A stretch of DNA of 64,000 nucleotides, taken from Vicugna vicugna. Taxonomy: Eukaryota. The notes under the pieces were generated by a model. That model was given only the letters and a program-made list of their open reading frames with translations, was not told the DNA's origin and did not search any database. Below, in pieces: positions 51,301 to 64,000 of the stretch (positions are counted from its first letter, which is position 1; every line of letters begins with the position of its first letter). The DNA lies in NCBI GenBank assembly GCA_013265495.1, contig MU058718.1:124001-188000 (forward strand). Reading direction: 5' to 3'. Both the position numbers and the translations under genes were made by a program.

Positions 51301-54300
51301 AACCCAACTATGGAATAACCTTAATGTAAAAATCAAATTTAAAAATCCACATTAAAGTACTATAGCAATACCTTCAATAGTGAGGCTGGTTATCAACCAA
51401 CTCCATGAGAAGTCAAAGGCACGTTATTCCTGTCCCTTGGCATAACTTAAATACCAAGTTCTGATTTCTTCACTACATTAAATATTTCATGCTACCAAGG
51501 GGATCTCCCAAAGGACAAGCTGACCCTAGAAATAAACCACTTGAAGTAGAAAATGATATGTTTAGAACAGAAAGTATTGGCTTTGGAGTCAGACTGTTAC
51601 AAGCTAGGTGCCTGGAACTCTGCAAAATGCTTGTTTTCTCTGATCCTCCATTTCTGAATCAGTAAAATAGGAATAAATGCTAACAACATAAGAGGTTGCC
51701 ATAATTAAATGTCAGTCCCTTTTCTTAAAAGAGTCAATGAGGAATATATGATTCAAAGATAACCGTGTAAAGCAGTATGGAAGCTTTTCTGACTTCTGCA
51801 TTATGGACATTTATTTTCTCCCCTATCACTTGACAAAGTTATTTAAAATAGAATAAAGTATGGCACAAATAATATCCTTACTTCACAGTCAGTACAGAAT
51901 CTCTCCGGAATCTAAAACAGAGCCACCCAAATGGCCAGCAATTTTTTTCCACAGAAACTCCTTGTTCAAAACAAATTACACAGTATTATTGTGCATTGAA
52001 AAAGGAAGTCAATTAAAACCGAAGGCCATTCCCAAATTTCTAAACCAGACAAAAGTAAACAAACATTTGCAGGACAATACTTACACAAAATAATTTGAGT
52101 ACGTAAGTATTTAAGTGTGCAAGTGGGGAAAAAAGGCCAAGAGAGGCAAGGCCACTCCACTTCTTCCCACACACTGTTTTGCTTGCCTCCACAAAATAAA
52201 GTGGTCAACTGTAGACATGTCAAAGTTATATGCAAACATTTAAGTTGACTAGGAACAACATATAGAGAATACAGTAGGTAGTCCAGAGAACACAAAAGGC
52301 TCATAGTCCAAAGCAGATCTGTTAAACACTAGGGGTGGAAAAAAGAACCATTATCTGTCATGCCCTCCTGTCACACCCTCTTTATTTCTAGTCATAACTG
52401 CAAGCTGTTTTAAAGACAATGGCAGTGTTATTAAGGGTACCTTCATGCTTTGCCAAAGCACGTATACACAGCAATTCAGAACAATCAGTCTTACTTTCAT
52501 AAGAGCAAAGGTTGCAGCCAAATGAAATGGGTGGATACCATACTAAACAATCTTCAGATTAGCGAATAGGATATGGGAAAAAATGACCCTAATGCAGATG
52601 CTAAGTTTCCTCCTCCTTTACACAATAAAAACTTTTTCTATTTGAAAAGCACTAGTCGAAGGAGGTTTCCGTTTACTAAGATCTATATATGACCTGTTTT
52701 AAGCACAAAGATGCTTAGTATCTCCTTGTATAATCTGCAGATTTATATATGCAATAGATATTAGATTTGACATACAATTTTCAGAAGGAGGCTATGTAGA
52801 AACAACTATAGTGGAAACCTTTAAATACAGGCACTGCAACGCTAGAGAAACCCAGGTGTTTCACATTTAATAAAAGTAGAAACTTCATAAAGAAAATAAG
52901 TAACAGTATAAAGCCTAAAACTTGGTTTACTGTGGTTATTCTACTGCTCTTATTCCTCAGGAAACAAATTGTTCTCCCATATGGTTTTCCTGATTCCATT
53001 TTTCTAATCATAATGAAGTCCAAAATATTAAGCAATTGTTTTTGAAAGTTTGGTATTCATGTAACTCAACTCATGGCTCACTTTCAAGAAGACTATAAAC
53101 TAATTGTTTTTTAAATGATTGGGAAGAGAATATGCATTATAATACAAGCACACGTATTTAAGTAGGCCTTTCATCTGGAATGTAATAATCATTTGATAAA
53201 ATGAGAGCTACTCTATCACTAAACTACACAGGTTAAAATGCAGCACTTTATGTGTCATTGTGGCATGTCAATATTTTAGTCAATGTATTCAGCCTAAATT
53301 AATTGCATGAGTTAATGCTCTGTTAACTGGCTTCAAGGCAAAAATCAGAAGAGGAGCAAAAAGGAGCTTAAACAGTGACATGAGTACAATCACATCAATG
53401 AAGCCTTACAAACAGATGTAGTACTATTAGCAGTAAAATGGAGGGGAAAATGGAGGATAAAATTCAGGTCTTGGGAGAAATCTCACTATTGAACTGATTC
53501 AGTGAAAAACGTTAATAAAACAACTTTAATAGCTTGCTTTTAAGACTCATATTTTTGAGACATTATTTCCAGATACAATTCTAACTCATTAATTAGAACT
53601 TGTATTTTAGGTTAAGACCTAGTATGAGAGAAATCCATTGCTCACTCTAAACTGAAAGCTGAGTATATTCTCAGGCTATTTTTTAAAGAACCCCAAAGCA
53701 TTTAAGCTCTTCTTGAGCAGTTTCTCAGTAGATTCAGCACCTACTACCCTAATTTGCTCTAATGATAGGAACCATTTACAATTTCTGCTCAAAAATACAA
53801 AACCAAAGTAGGTAAAACCTACATTTTTAATAAATCTTTTATAAATATATGTATACTGAAAACCAGCCTCACCCAGAACTCCAAACCTAGAAAAATGATC
53901 ACAATAAAAACAGGCTGGCCACTGAAACTATTCGCTATTTACAGTGACTTCAGGCAAAATCATTTATCATTAAGACTGAGACCATACTTTTAAACCTACC
54001 CGGCAAATCCAGTGAGAATGAAGCAAGAAGTTTAGCACTTTGCCCAAAGCACTGTAAAAAGCCAAAACAGAGATTCATCTCATGTCTTCAAATGGCATTC
54101 CAAAAAAAACTGCCCAAAGCAAGAAAATGCTGCAAATCTTTCCTAAACTATTATTATAAATGAAGTATGTTTAAAATAAAAAATATATATATAAATAAGA
54201 AAATTCAATCTGTTGTATGTATTTGGAGACTAGTTAAAGGTCAAAATAAAAAAACAGCTTAACTGAACACAACATAGAAGACTAATAAATAACTCATTTC

Positions 54301-54709
54301 AATCAAACCTCACCTCACTCTCACTGCTTTGAAGTACAGAAACTCTACTAATCACTTGGCATTTGTGGAAGCTTCAGGTTTGGGGTATTTTGTTTTATGC
54401 TTTTGTTTTGCAATTAACAGAATGCTATGGATCAAAAAAAATCATATGGAAACATAAAATTATTCACGTTCACAATAAAATAAAGTGGTGGGAGAGTATA
54501 GGGGGACTGAGTTAGATGTTTTAATGTATTTTGATAATAGCTCCTTAAAGTCTGTCTTTCCAAAACTGTAACAATTACTATCAAACACTTAGCATTTTCC
54601 AAGCCTTAAGTGAGGCCCAAAGAACAAATAGATTAGATAAACACCATCCCAGCCCTCCCATGGTGCTGACATTCTAACAAGGAAGACAGAAAAATAGTTA
54701 TATAACATT

Positions 54710-55875
54710 TAAAAGCTAAAACCATAAAACTTTTAGAAGAAACATAGGTGTAAATCTTCCTGACCCTGGAACGGGAGATGGTTTCTTAGACATGACACCA
54801 AAAGTACAAGCAACAGAAGAAAAAGCAGATTCCACCAAAATTTAAAACTTTTAATTTTAACTATCAAGACAGTGAAAAATACAATCTACCAGAATGGAAG
54901 AAATATTTGCAAATCATGTATCTGTTATATAAAGGATTTGTACCTAGAATACATAGTGAGTTCTTGTAACTCAGTAATACAAAGAAATAACTCAATTAAA
55001 AAATGGGAAAAGAATATGAATAGACATTTCTCCCAAGAAGATATACTAATGGCCAGTAAACACATGGAAAGATGCTCAACATCATTAGCCATCAGGGAAA
55101 CACAAATCAAAACCACTTCACACCCATTTAGGATAGCTAGAATCAAAAAGAGATAATAAATGCTGGCAAGAATATGGATAAATTGGAACTGTCATACACT
55201 GGTGTTAGAAACCTAAAATATGTAGGAGCTATGGGAAACAGTTTGGCAGTTCTTCAAAAGATTAAACCTACAGTTACCATATGCTTCAGCAATTCCACTC
55301 CTAGGTATGTCCTCTAGAGAAATGGAAACATATATTCACACAAAAACTTGTATGTAGATGTTCATAATAGCATTATTCATAATAGCCAAAAAGTAGAAAC
55401 AACCTAAATGTCCATCAATTTATGAACAGTGTATATCCATATGATGAAATACTTTACTATTCAGCCATTAAAAAGGCATGAAGTACTGATATGTGCTACA
55501 TGGATGAACCTTGGAAACATTATGCTAAGTGAAAGAAGCCAAACACAAAAGACCACATCATGTATGACTCCATTTATAAGAAATTTCCAGAATAAGCAAA
55601 CCTAGAGAGTCAGAAAGCAGACTTAGTGGTTACCAGTAGCTGGGAGGGATGGAGAAAATACAGAGTGACTGCTAATGAGTATAGAGATTCCTTTTAATAT
55701 CTTCATAATAGCAAGTGATACTCTCATGACTTGAATCAAATTTTCTAAAATTGATTTTGGCAATGGTTGAACAACTCTGTGAATAGCACTGAACTGCACA
55801 CTTTAAATGGGTTAATTGTGTGGTATGTGAATAAATACCACATAAATTTCAATAAAGCTGTTGCTTAAAAAAAAA
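54710..55875 (+). mobile_element. Older L1 3' portion (L1MB-like), degenerate
   Basis: Decayed ORF2 end ([43 protein letters not shown]) plus a 3'UTR ending aataaagctgttgcttaaaaaaaaa. Confidence 0.88.
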
Positions 55876-56074
55876 GTTTACAAAGCACTGTGAAGAAGCA
55901 GAGGGTATTAGGAAACATAAAAGGAAAGGTAACCTAATCTGGGGACTCAGAGGAGACTTTAGTGAAGACCTGGATGCCTAAGTGTTTTAAAACAAAAGCA
56001 CATGGCATGCCTGAATAGCTAGTAGTAGCTAAGAGAATTCAAAAATGGCTGGAATAGAGTGAAGCAGAAGAGAC

Positions 56075-56325
56075 AGTAATAATGTAGCTTACATTTATTG
56101 AATCTTTACCTGTGTGCTAGGCACCACTTACACCAAACCCTTAATTTTTGTATTTAATCCTAATAGCTCTTTGAGGTATAGATGGTTATTAGCCTCAATG
56201 AGGTACAGATAAGGAAAAGTGAGGCATAGTGGAGAAAAGTAACTTGCCCAAGGTCACAGCAAGCGGTGCTACTATGACTTGAACCAAAGCATTCTGGCCC
56301 CAGAGTCCTCCACACTCTTCACCAC
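56075..56325 (-). mobile_element. MIR SINE
   Basis: cttacatttattgaa...tgtgtgctaggcac...acagataaggaaaagtgaggca...aagtaacttgcccaaggtcacagc. Confidence 0.75.
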
Positions 56326-56929
56326 CTACCCTTTCTTGGAAATTGCCTATCAATAAATTATGACATAGTTTGGTATATTCAATCCTGTACAGTAACCAGA
56401 TACGTTATACATTTACACACGTTTCTTCAGTTGAGCACCAGATGAAGTACTTAACTTGGGTTTAGAGACCATGTTTTATAATATCTATACTTAACCATTA
56501 AACTCTGGAATCACACTGAACAAGACAGGCTGATCAATCACTGGCAGGTCTGAGAACTGAGACTTCCTGAAAAACATGTCTTGTTTCATACAACTTAGAA
56601 GCCATTTACTCATTTTTAAATTATCACTATTTCATTTGTGTGTGTAAGCCAGTAAAGTGAAATGTGCTTATAACTTGTTAGTATTTGTGCAGGAAAGTGA
56701 TCAAGCTCAGGTTTCTAGTGTGAACATCTGCAGGGATGATAGTGCCTATGACTGTGAGACTCCAAGGTCAAAACAAGTAACAGGCAGCTGGATCTGTGGA
56801 CCTCGTCCTCAGAAGAACTGGACCAAGGAAGCAAATTTGAAAGTCTGGGCATACAGCATGGTAACTCAAGCCATGATTTCAGACTAAATACCTAAGGAGA
56901 AAGCATGGACAGTGAAAAGGTCTTAAAAC

Positions 56930-57108
56930 ATTGTTTTCAAATTTCAGTAAGCACTGCAATCACCTGGAGGATTGATGGCTGGATCCCATCCCCAGAGCTT
57001 CTGACTCAGTAGCTCTGAGTGGGGCCTGAGAATTTTCATTTCTAACAAGTTCCCAGGTGATACTGATACTGATGTAGTCTGGGGAACCACACTTGGAGAA
57101 CCAATAGC
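56930..57108. mobile_element. MER5A-like hAT-Charlie element
   Basis: aatcacctggag...cccagagcttctgactcagtag..ctgagtggggcctgagaattttcatttctaacaagttcccaggtgat...accacacttggagaacc. Confidence 0.75.
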
Positions 57109-59214
57109 CTAGAGCAAAGCTCTACAGAACAATGATAGAGGATAAGGAACTTACAAAGGAGACCAAGAGGAGCTCAGAGTAAGGAAGGAGAAATACCACT
57201 CCAATTAAATTAGTTTTAACCAAGGTCACCAGCAACGTCCTAACTGATAATCCAGTGGAAATTTACGATTCCTTAAAATTCACAAAATTCTACTTGCAAC
57301 AAGAATTTATGGAGCACCTACCATATGCCAGGCAACCTGTACCCTGACCCTATCTTGTCCCTTGGCTTCTGAAATACCACACATTACCTTGTTAAGGCTG
57401 CCTTTTTTTTTTTTTTGAACACTTACTCTGTTTCTCTCCTTCCACCCACTCAAAACATTTCAAGGTTCCCCAGGATTCTGGGTCTTGCCTTCATCATGCA
57501 AGCTTTCCCAGGGTATTTTCACTCAATCCCCTAAATATGAGTACCATCTAGCTGCCAATAATTCTCCCACACCACATCTCTAGAACTGACTTTGTCTCTG
57601 GGCCTCAGATCCTATTTCCAACCACCAACCCCACCATGTACTTACACACAAAGCCTCTTTCCACATTTTCTCTTCAAAATGCACAACCATCCACCCAGAG
57701 GAACAAGCCAGAAATCTGTGAGTCTTCCTAGAGCAACTGTTCACAACCTTAGCTGCATATTGGAACCTCTCAGGGAGCCTAAAAATAGTATCTCATTCAT
57801 GGGTCTAGTAATACAACAACAATAATCCTGTTCTATGTCCTTAACACACATGCATGTAAAATGCTTAGCAAATAAGCTCGTGAGTATTTAAGACAAGGGA
57901 GCTATCTTTGTAAAAACTTCAAATTTCAGCTCTTTTGAGATCTTTTCTCAAGTTTCTGATCAGAATCAACATTTAAGTTATTTTATTAATCAAAACAAAA
58001 ATAGAAAAACAAAAGAAAAACTGTTTATGAGTCCCCCTAAAGTAAACTTTAAAAACAGGTTCAAACTCATATTCCCACTTTTTCCAAATATCCTTTGGTA
58101 TATAGATTATTATAGTTGATTTATAAAGGGAAGAGTAAAAGTTGTTAAATAGATATATCACTTGAACTATGGATTTGGCCCATGGATAACAGATAACACA
58201 AAACAGTGAGTAAAGTCTGTTGTTCACAGAGCCATTCACACAGACACTGGTGAGCCATAAACGGAAGAAACGGGACACCAATATATCCAAACAAGCTAAT
58301 AGGAGAAGCCGATTATACAATACAATGTTACTTAGAAGTGTTTGCAAATGAGACATTCAACTCTGTAGTGATATCAAAGCACCTTTGTACCTCTCCTCTT
58401 TAGGGCTATTTTGTATTTTGAGTATTTTCAAAAGAGAGTGATGATTTAACACAGCCGCTATCTTCCAAAGTATAATGCTGTTTGTGCCCCTTGCCCAATG
58501 ATGTTAGCAAATCTGTCTACTTTTTTTTGAAAAGAAAATGATGAGCAGTAAGGGCAGATGGTGAGTCAGTAAGTTCATTTAAGGCTGTAGAATTCTGCCA
58601 CTTTCACCCAAGACGGCCAGTTTCTTATAACTATAACTTTAGCATAAAAGGATACCCTGCAAATAGCCTGAACTATGATAGAAAGCCAAAGAACAAAAGC
58701 TAACAAAAATTCTGACTGGAATAAAGGGTAAGGGTTGTTTTTATTTGATCTGATGGTTGTTTGCTTTAGCTGAACAAATGAGTAGTACATTTATGTTATA
58801 AATGAATTAGAAATTAGCTATTAATTTTTAAAATGTGTATGCAAATACCACCAGAGTATTAAACACATTAAAAAATTCTTAAAAAAAAACTGCCAAAGAA
58901 CTAATTGCATGTTTTTCAAAATTTAAAACCTAAACACAAAAGGATGAAATTTATTTATTTAATACCATCACAGTATTAGACCCTGGTATATTCAGGGTCC
59001 CAAGTTCATGGAATTATGAGATACATCTCAAGTGTTTTTCAGCCGATCACCAATGCCAGGTGAACACACGTCAGGTGACATAACGAAGTACCTTTCTCAA
59101 GAGTGTACCTGGATTCCCAGTAGGGAAAGGAACCATGAGAGTTGCAACACCGACCAAGCAAAAAGTTACTAATTCAATTTACTTACAAATTTACTATTAT
59201 ATATGGATCTCCAA

Positions 59215-59345
59215 GGTAGGAGGGTATAGCTCAAGTGGCAGAGTGCATGCTTAGCATGCAGAGGTCCTGGGTTCAATCCCCAGTACCTCCCCTAAAAGTA
59301 AATTAACAAACCTAATTACCTCCCACTAAATCTATGAATTAATTA
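59215..59345 (+). mobile_element. tRNA-derived SINE (camelid Vic-1-like)
   Basis: A-box tagctcaagtgg, B-box ggttcaatccc, non-tRNA tail aaacctaattacctccc, and a candidate TSD atctccaa (59207-59214 and 59346-59353). Confidence 0.85.
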
Positions 59346-61599
59346 ATCTCCAAACAAACTGCTGAAATTTAGGGAACTGAGAATCATTTTGTTTTTGTTG
59401 TTCTTTTCTATTTTACTGTATGAGAACAACCCAGGCCACTGTGGGTAACTTCTTCTCCAGACAATGAATGTACAATGTCCTTGACTATTTCTTAGACTCT
59501 AAACTCTGCTCCTATGTGCTCAACAGACCCCTCACTATAGTTCAAAAAAAAAAACACCTCTCACGCACTTGGACACAGAACAAGGAAGGCCTTCCAGCAG
59601 TCTAGTGAGACAACTGCTCTTTACATTAGACCCACAGGATCCACATGAATGACAGTTTTCAAGACGAACTGAAATCATCTCTCTCTTTACTACCCTTGTA
59701 CCCAGGCTCTCTCCACTAAGGACACACTTCTTCTAGGGCAGTAACTTGCTCCTAGCAAGCATGGCTCCCTGTCCTTCACACTTAACACTTGTCTGAATCT
59801 GCTGGGTTCACAACACCCTCAGCCCTCTTTCACAAATATGATTACTTTTCTTGGGGAATAGGGGTGGGAAGCAAAATGAGGGAGAAGAAAATTAAGGGAA
59901 TAAAGGGGAAAAAATGTTCCCATGGTTTCAAAAGTCCTAGAAACTTTACAACTATAGAGGATCCAAATTCTTCCCTTCCCAACAGCTCCCCACAGGCTAA
60001 CACCTACGAAACTACAGACTCCAATTCTAGTTTACTTACATGTTGGGGGTTGGGGGATGTACCAGCTATCAAATTTTAATTTGTGAAATTTGGTAAAAAG
60101 TAGTAAATTATGATATCATGGCCTTAGTTTAGATATAGTAATTTACTTCAAGGATACCTCCCCCCATTTTTAAGCAAAATATCACCTCACTTCTATGTAA
60201 AGCCTGGATTCCACTCTAGGAGTAACCATTTCTTACTTCTATGGCCTTGGCAAGTCACTACTTCTGAGTCTGATATTTCAGAGTTGCGAAGAGGATTAGA
60301 TCACTTAGCGCAATACCCAGTTTATACTATAATTATGCAGATAGGTCATGTCTCTTTGTTCAAAGCAAATCAAATTAGTACTCACTCTAGTATAATCATT
60401 TTTCAACAGCTGGGGCAACTCCTGTAATGGTGATAACTCATAAATTTTATCAAAAGAATTAATAGCCTATGCTTTATAAGAGAAGGCGGGAGGTCTAAAA
60501 ATGCTAGAGCTACAACTGCATCTTTTGGCCAGTCAGCCTGCTTGGTCCCTGACTCCCCATGGCCCCCTCTACTGCTCTGTCTTCCTAGTGATCCAATAAT
60601 CATTCTTCCTATGTTCCTAGAATTGATCTAATACCTATCTTCTGAACTGTAGTTATCTGCCAGAGAGCAAACCCGGAGAGGAGTGCTGACACAAGAAATA
60701 GCAGTGAACCACATGGATACATGTGGCATAACTCACCTATTCTAACCAGCTGTCTCACAACCTGCCTTGAAGTGGCTCAGATTGTATATCCTGGCTCCCT
60801 TTTGACAGACAGGTTCTTGATCCAACTTAACCCTTTAAACTGTGTATGGTTTCCCTTGGCCACCCAACTTGTACCTAAAACTTTCTACTGAAGACTTTAA
60901 AGGAGTCTCATAGTTAATTCTGGCCATGCTTATAGAAAAGGAAATTAACATTCAAGTGTCTCTACCACACTTGGAACCGTGCTAGGTACTTTCTCACTCA
61001 AGACCAACCAAAGGCCATTCATATAAATACTGCCCTTCTTTTACGGATGAAAAAACCATAGAACTCCATATTTAAGAAAATAAAGCTAACTGTACCAGAT
61101 ATTGAGTAATGCTAATAAAGGCTCTTTTTAATGTTTCCCTTAACAGAGCTACTGTTCATGTTGTTCATTGTGTGAAAAGTAGTCCATTGCAGTGCCAAGG
61201 AATCTGACTTACAATTTCCAATTAGCTATCATCTCACTTACAAATTCTGTTTTGCCAGAACGAAAATGCCGCATCTTAAATGCCATCATATACTTATAAT
61301 CAAATTCTAAAATGTACAAAATAATAACCTTTGTATCTTCAGAATTACTAGAATATTCAGTATGCTTAATGATGTGACAGCTTAATAAAAACAGGTCATT
61401 CACTCTAGACAGAATACTTTCCTCTGGTAAGATACCTAAGGTACTGCGTTGGAAAATGACTGTTCAATATATACCCTCTTGTATCATTTTAAGTCTATAA
61501 CATGTGTGTGTGTAATATATTCTAAAAGTAAGTATGCTTCCACATTCAATCACCAATTTACAGGAGATAAAGAAGACAAAGGAACGTGTTAAGCTAAGC

Positions 61600-62460
61600 C
61601 ACTGTAATCATCAAACTCCAGATTCTGAAAAACTCTGAAGGACATAAAACCTGATTTCTTTAATAAATAGACTGCAAGAGAAAGAGAAAAAGAGTGGCAG
61701 TGAGGGAAGCCACTAGATTAAATGGGACTTAAACGTCATTACCAACCAATTGCAAATTAGGAAATTTACATGGATACTGATCCAAACACTTGAGACAACT
61801 GGAAGTTTGAACACTGGATATTTGGTGATATTATGGAATTAAAGGGGGATGATATACATATATATTATTTTTTAAAGAGTCCTTATCTTTTATAGATACA
61901 CTAGACTACAAATGAAATGATATCTGTGATTCACTTGAAAATAATTCAGCTTGAAGAAGTGGGAAGGGAATAAATGAAATAAAATTGGGCAAGAGTTAAT
62001 TACTGCCAAAGCTGGGTGACAGGTACATGGGAGTTTACTAATGAATATCACCTACTTTTATGTGATTAAAAATTTCCGTAACAAGTTAGAAAGTCAAGCA
62101 TTTGCAAAATATATTTTATGTAAATGAAACCAGATCAGATACCACTAAATTGAATATATCTGGGTTTTAGATGACATACAGGAATTTGATGATACTAAGA
62201 TGGAGATTAAAATTCAGAAGCTAGGTCAATCTGTTAACTTTGTTAGGTAGGATAATGGCATTGTGGTTATGAGAGAAAATGCCTTTTTTTAAAGACACAT
62301 ATTGATATATTTAGGGTTAAAATAAATTGATGTACAGAATTTATTTTAAAAAACTTTTAAAATTGGAACAAAAATAAACAAGTATGGCAAAATGTTGAAA
62401 CAAACTGGTAAATACATGGCAGCTCAGTGACTAAAAATGTGTTTCCATTTTTAAAAATAA
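61600..62460 (+). mobile_element. Ancient L1MC-type 3' region, degenerate
   Basis: cactggatatttggtgatatta, gagtccttatctttta, gctgggtgacaggtacatgggagtt and gataatggcattgtggttatg; boundaries approximate. Confidence 0.55.
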
Positions 62461-63179
62461 ATAACAATAATTATAATAACAAAGTAACAATTATAGATTC
62501 CAAGGACGACTTCCACTATGCGTGAGAAGGAACAAATACCAATATAAATAATCCAAACTAAAGGGTCAAGTTTGGGGGGAGGAGGGCAAGAACCACTACA
62601 CAAGAGTTTTACTCATTTAACTCACTTGATTTTTACAAACAGTCAACAGAGAGTACAGTAGGGAAAGTCACATGGTGTTCCACTCGAGGCAAAAAAAAAA
62701 ATTTTTTTTCAAGAAATATTTTCCTCCTGCCAGTCCTGTTCTAGATATCCATTTATAAAGAAACTTTCAACATTTCTCAAGTTCAAGAAGTAGGAATGTC
62801 AGTGTGTGTTTTGTATGGGAACAAAGCTTCCCTAACATCCTGAGCAACATATGACTCTGATTGTACATAAAGTTTCTGGGCATGAAAATAGTATTTCTTC
62901 ATTCTGAGTTCTCTGGTTGTGCTCCAAGACTACCTTTATCAAGTTATCTTTAGTGAGATCCTTTTGTGGCGGGGAAGAGGAGGACCTTTGAAGGACCCTT
63001 ATGAAAACATTTGCACATATACATTTCAGCACTTCAAGTAACGATACCAAGTATTCTTTAAGGTTTTAAAGAGAAAAACATAATCTAAAATTACCTAATC
63101 CTACCAAAATTCCTGCTGTGGGCAACCACCACCATACCTAAATCACATAATTGTTATTATTGGTAAGGAGAACAGGAAA

Positions 63180-63420
63180 ATTAACACTTTCTGAGATTTT
63201 ACTAAATGCCAGGTATTTAATAAGCATTTTTTTAATTAAATCCTCATAACAACTCTAATAGGTAGGTAGGTACTATTATTGTCCAAAAATTACAGATGAA
63301 AAAAAGTGGGGCACTAAGAGGTTAAGTAACTTGTTAAGTCACTTACATATACTTGAGTGACAGAATCAGAATTGAACCCAAGCAGTCTGGTTCCAACATC
63401 TGGGCTACTCTCTGCTATAC
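63180..63420 (-). mobile_element. MIR SINE
   Basis: aatcctcataacaactct..aggtaggtactattatt...ttacagatgaa...gaggttaagtaactt...ttgaacccaagcagtctgg. Confidence 0.75.
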
Positions 63421-64000
63421 TACCCTGTACCATAAAACTTCACTCTGAAACACAGGAAAGATGACTACTTGAACATTTCTAGACCCCAGATCATTGACTC
63501 TCCTCACATTCCTAGTTACCTTTCAGGCTTTACATTATTTAAAAAATAAACAAATAAACAAATGAAAACAATAAAGCCAAAAAAACCCAGAAGGTTCTTT
63601 TTTAATGAAATTAAATAGTCTAGAAAGAATTAGTGGCAGCTATTATAGGCATTAACACCACTGACCAAGGATAATAAGACCCCCCTAACTGCTCATCCTA
63701 ATGCAAAGTTCACCAATTGATAGACCCTGTCTAGGTACAGAGATCCCAATCAGTTTTATATTATATTGCTTCATTTTTTTCATTTGACTGGTTAAATCAG
63801 AATCAAACATCTGTTACATGAAAGAGACAAGGAAACAAAAACTGAAAGAAATATGACAAAGGAAAAAACAATTCATAAACAAAACAGAACCTGTTAAAAG
63901 CTCTCTAATTGAGACCTTAGAAAGTCAAGATGTTGCATCTATAAAGTAAGACAGGAGGCTGTGAAAAGGCAAAAAAAGTATGAGAAAAAATTTTCTAAAG

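Larger units (their letters stand above)
15518..64000 (-). other. FBXO34: Long 5'UTR intron of FBXO34, continuing beyond the window
   Basis: No other protein-coding exon or CpG island is visible, and the region is repeat-rich. Consistent with the known FBXO34 layout of a distant non-coding first exon and one coding exon. Confidence 0.7.

Noticed and set aside
59215..59292. Possible tRNA gene
   Set aside because: The acceptor stem pairs poorly, it carries a SINE-type tail and TSD, and a second copy with the same tail is in the window, so it is a SINE.

Overview
Mammalian (eukaryotic) genomic DNA. It is most likely from a camelid, inferred from two tRNA-derived SINEs resembling camelid Vic-1 and from seeing no Alu, B1/B2, Bov-A or PRE-1 SINEs. 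Two genes converge tail to tail. On + is the last intron and terminal exon of ATG14 (CDS 2778-3084, LIR plus BATS region, 3'UTR to ~5700). On - is the single coding exon of FBXO34 (CDS 15507-13372, 711 aa; acceptor at 15519-15518; poly(A) signals near 12580 and 12330). Everything from 15518 to the window end looks like the long 5'UTR intron of FBXO34; no first exon or CpG island is visible. That intron is full of transposable elements: a young 5'-truncated LINE-1 with a 14-bp target-site duplication (TSD) and one ORF2 stop, several solo LTRs with TSDs, older L1/HAL1/L2/MIR pieces and hAT DNA transposon fossils. I found no convincing wholly new biological system. The best leads are (i) a CHORD/Btk-like Cys/His zinc module after the FBXO34 F-box, (ii) a candidate 12-nt ATG-bearing microexon just upstream of the FBXO34 coding exon, (iii) a candidate 32-nt ATG14 exon that would remove the BATS/LIR tail, and (iv) an inverted pair of related LTRs in which the gene-sense copy lacks its poly(A) segment. 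Repeat family names and human comparisons come from recalled sequences, not from a database search.
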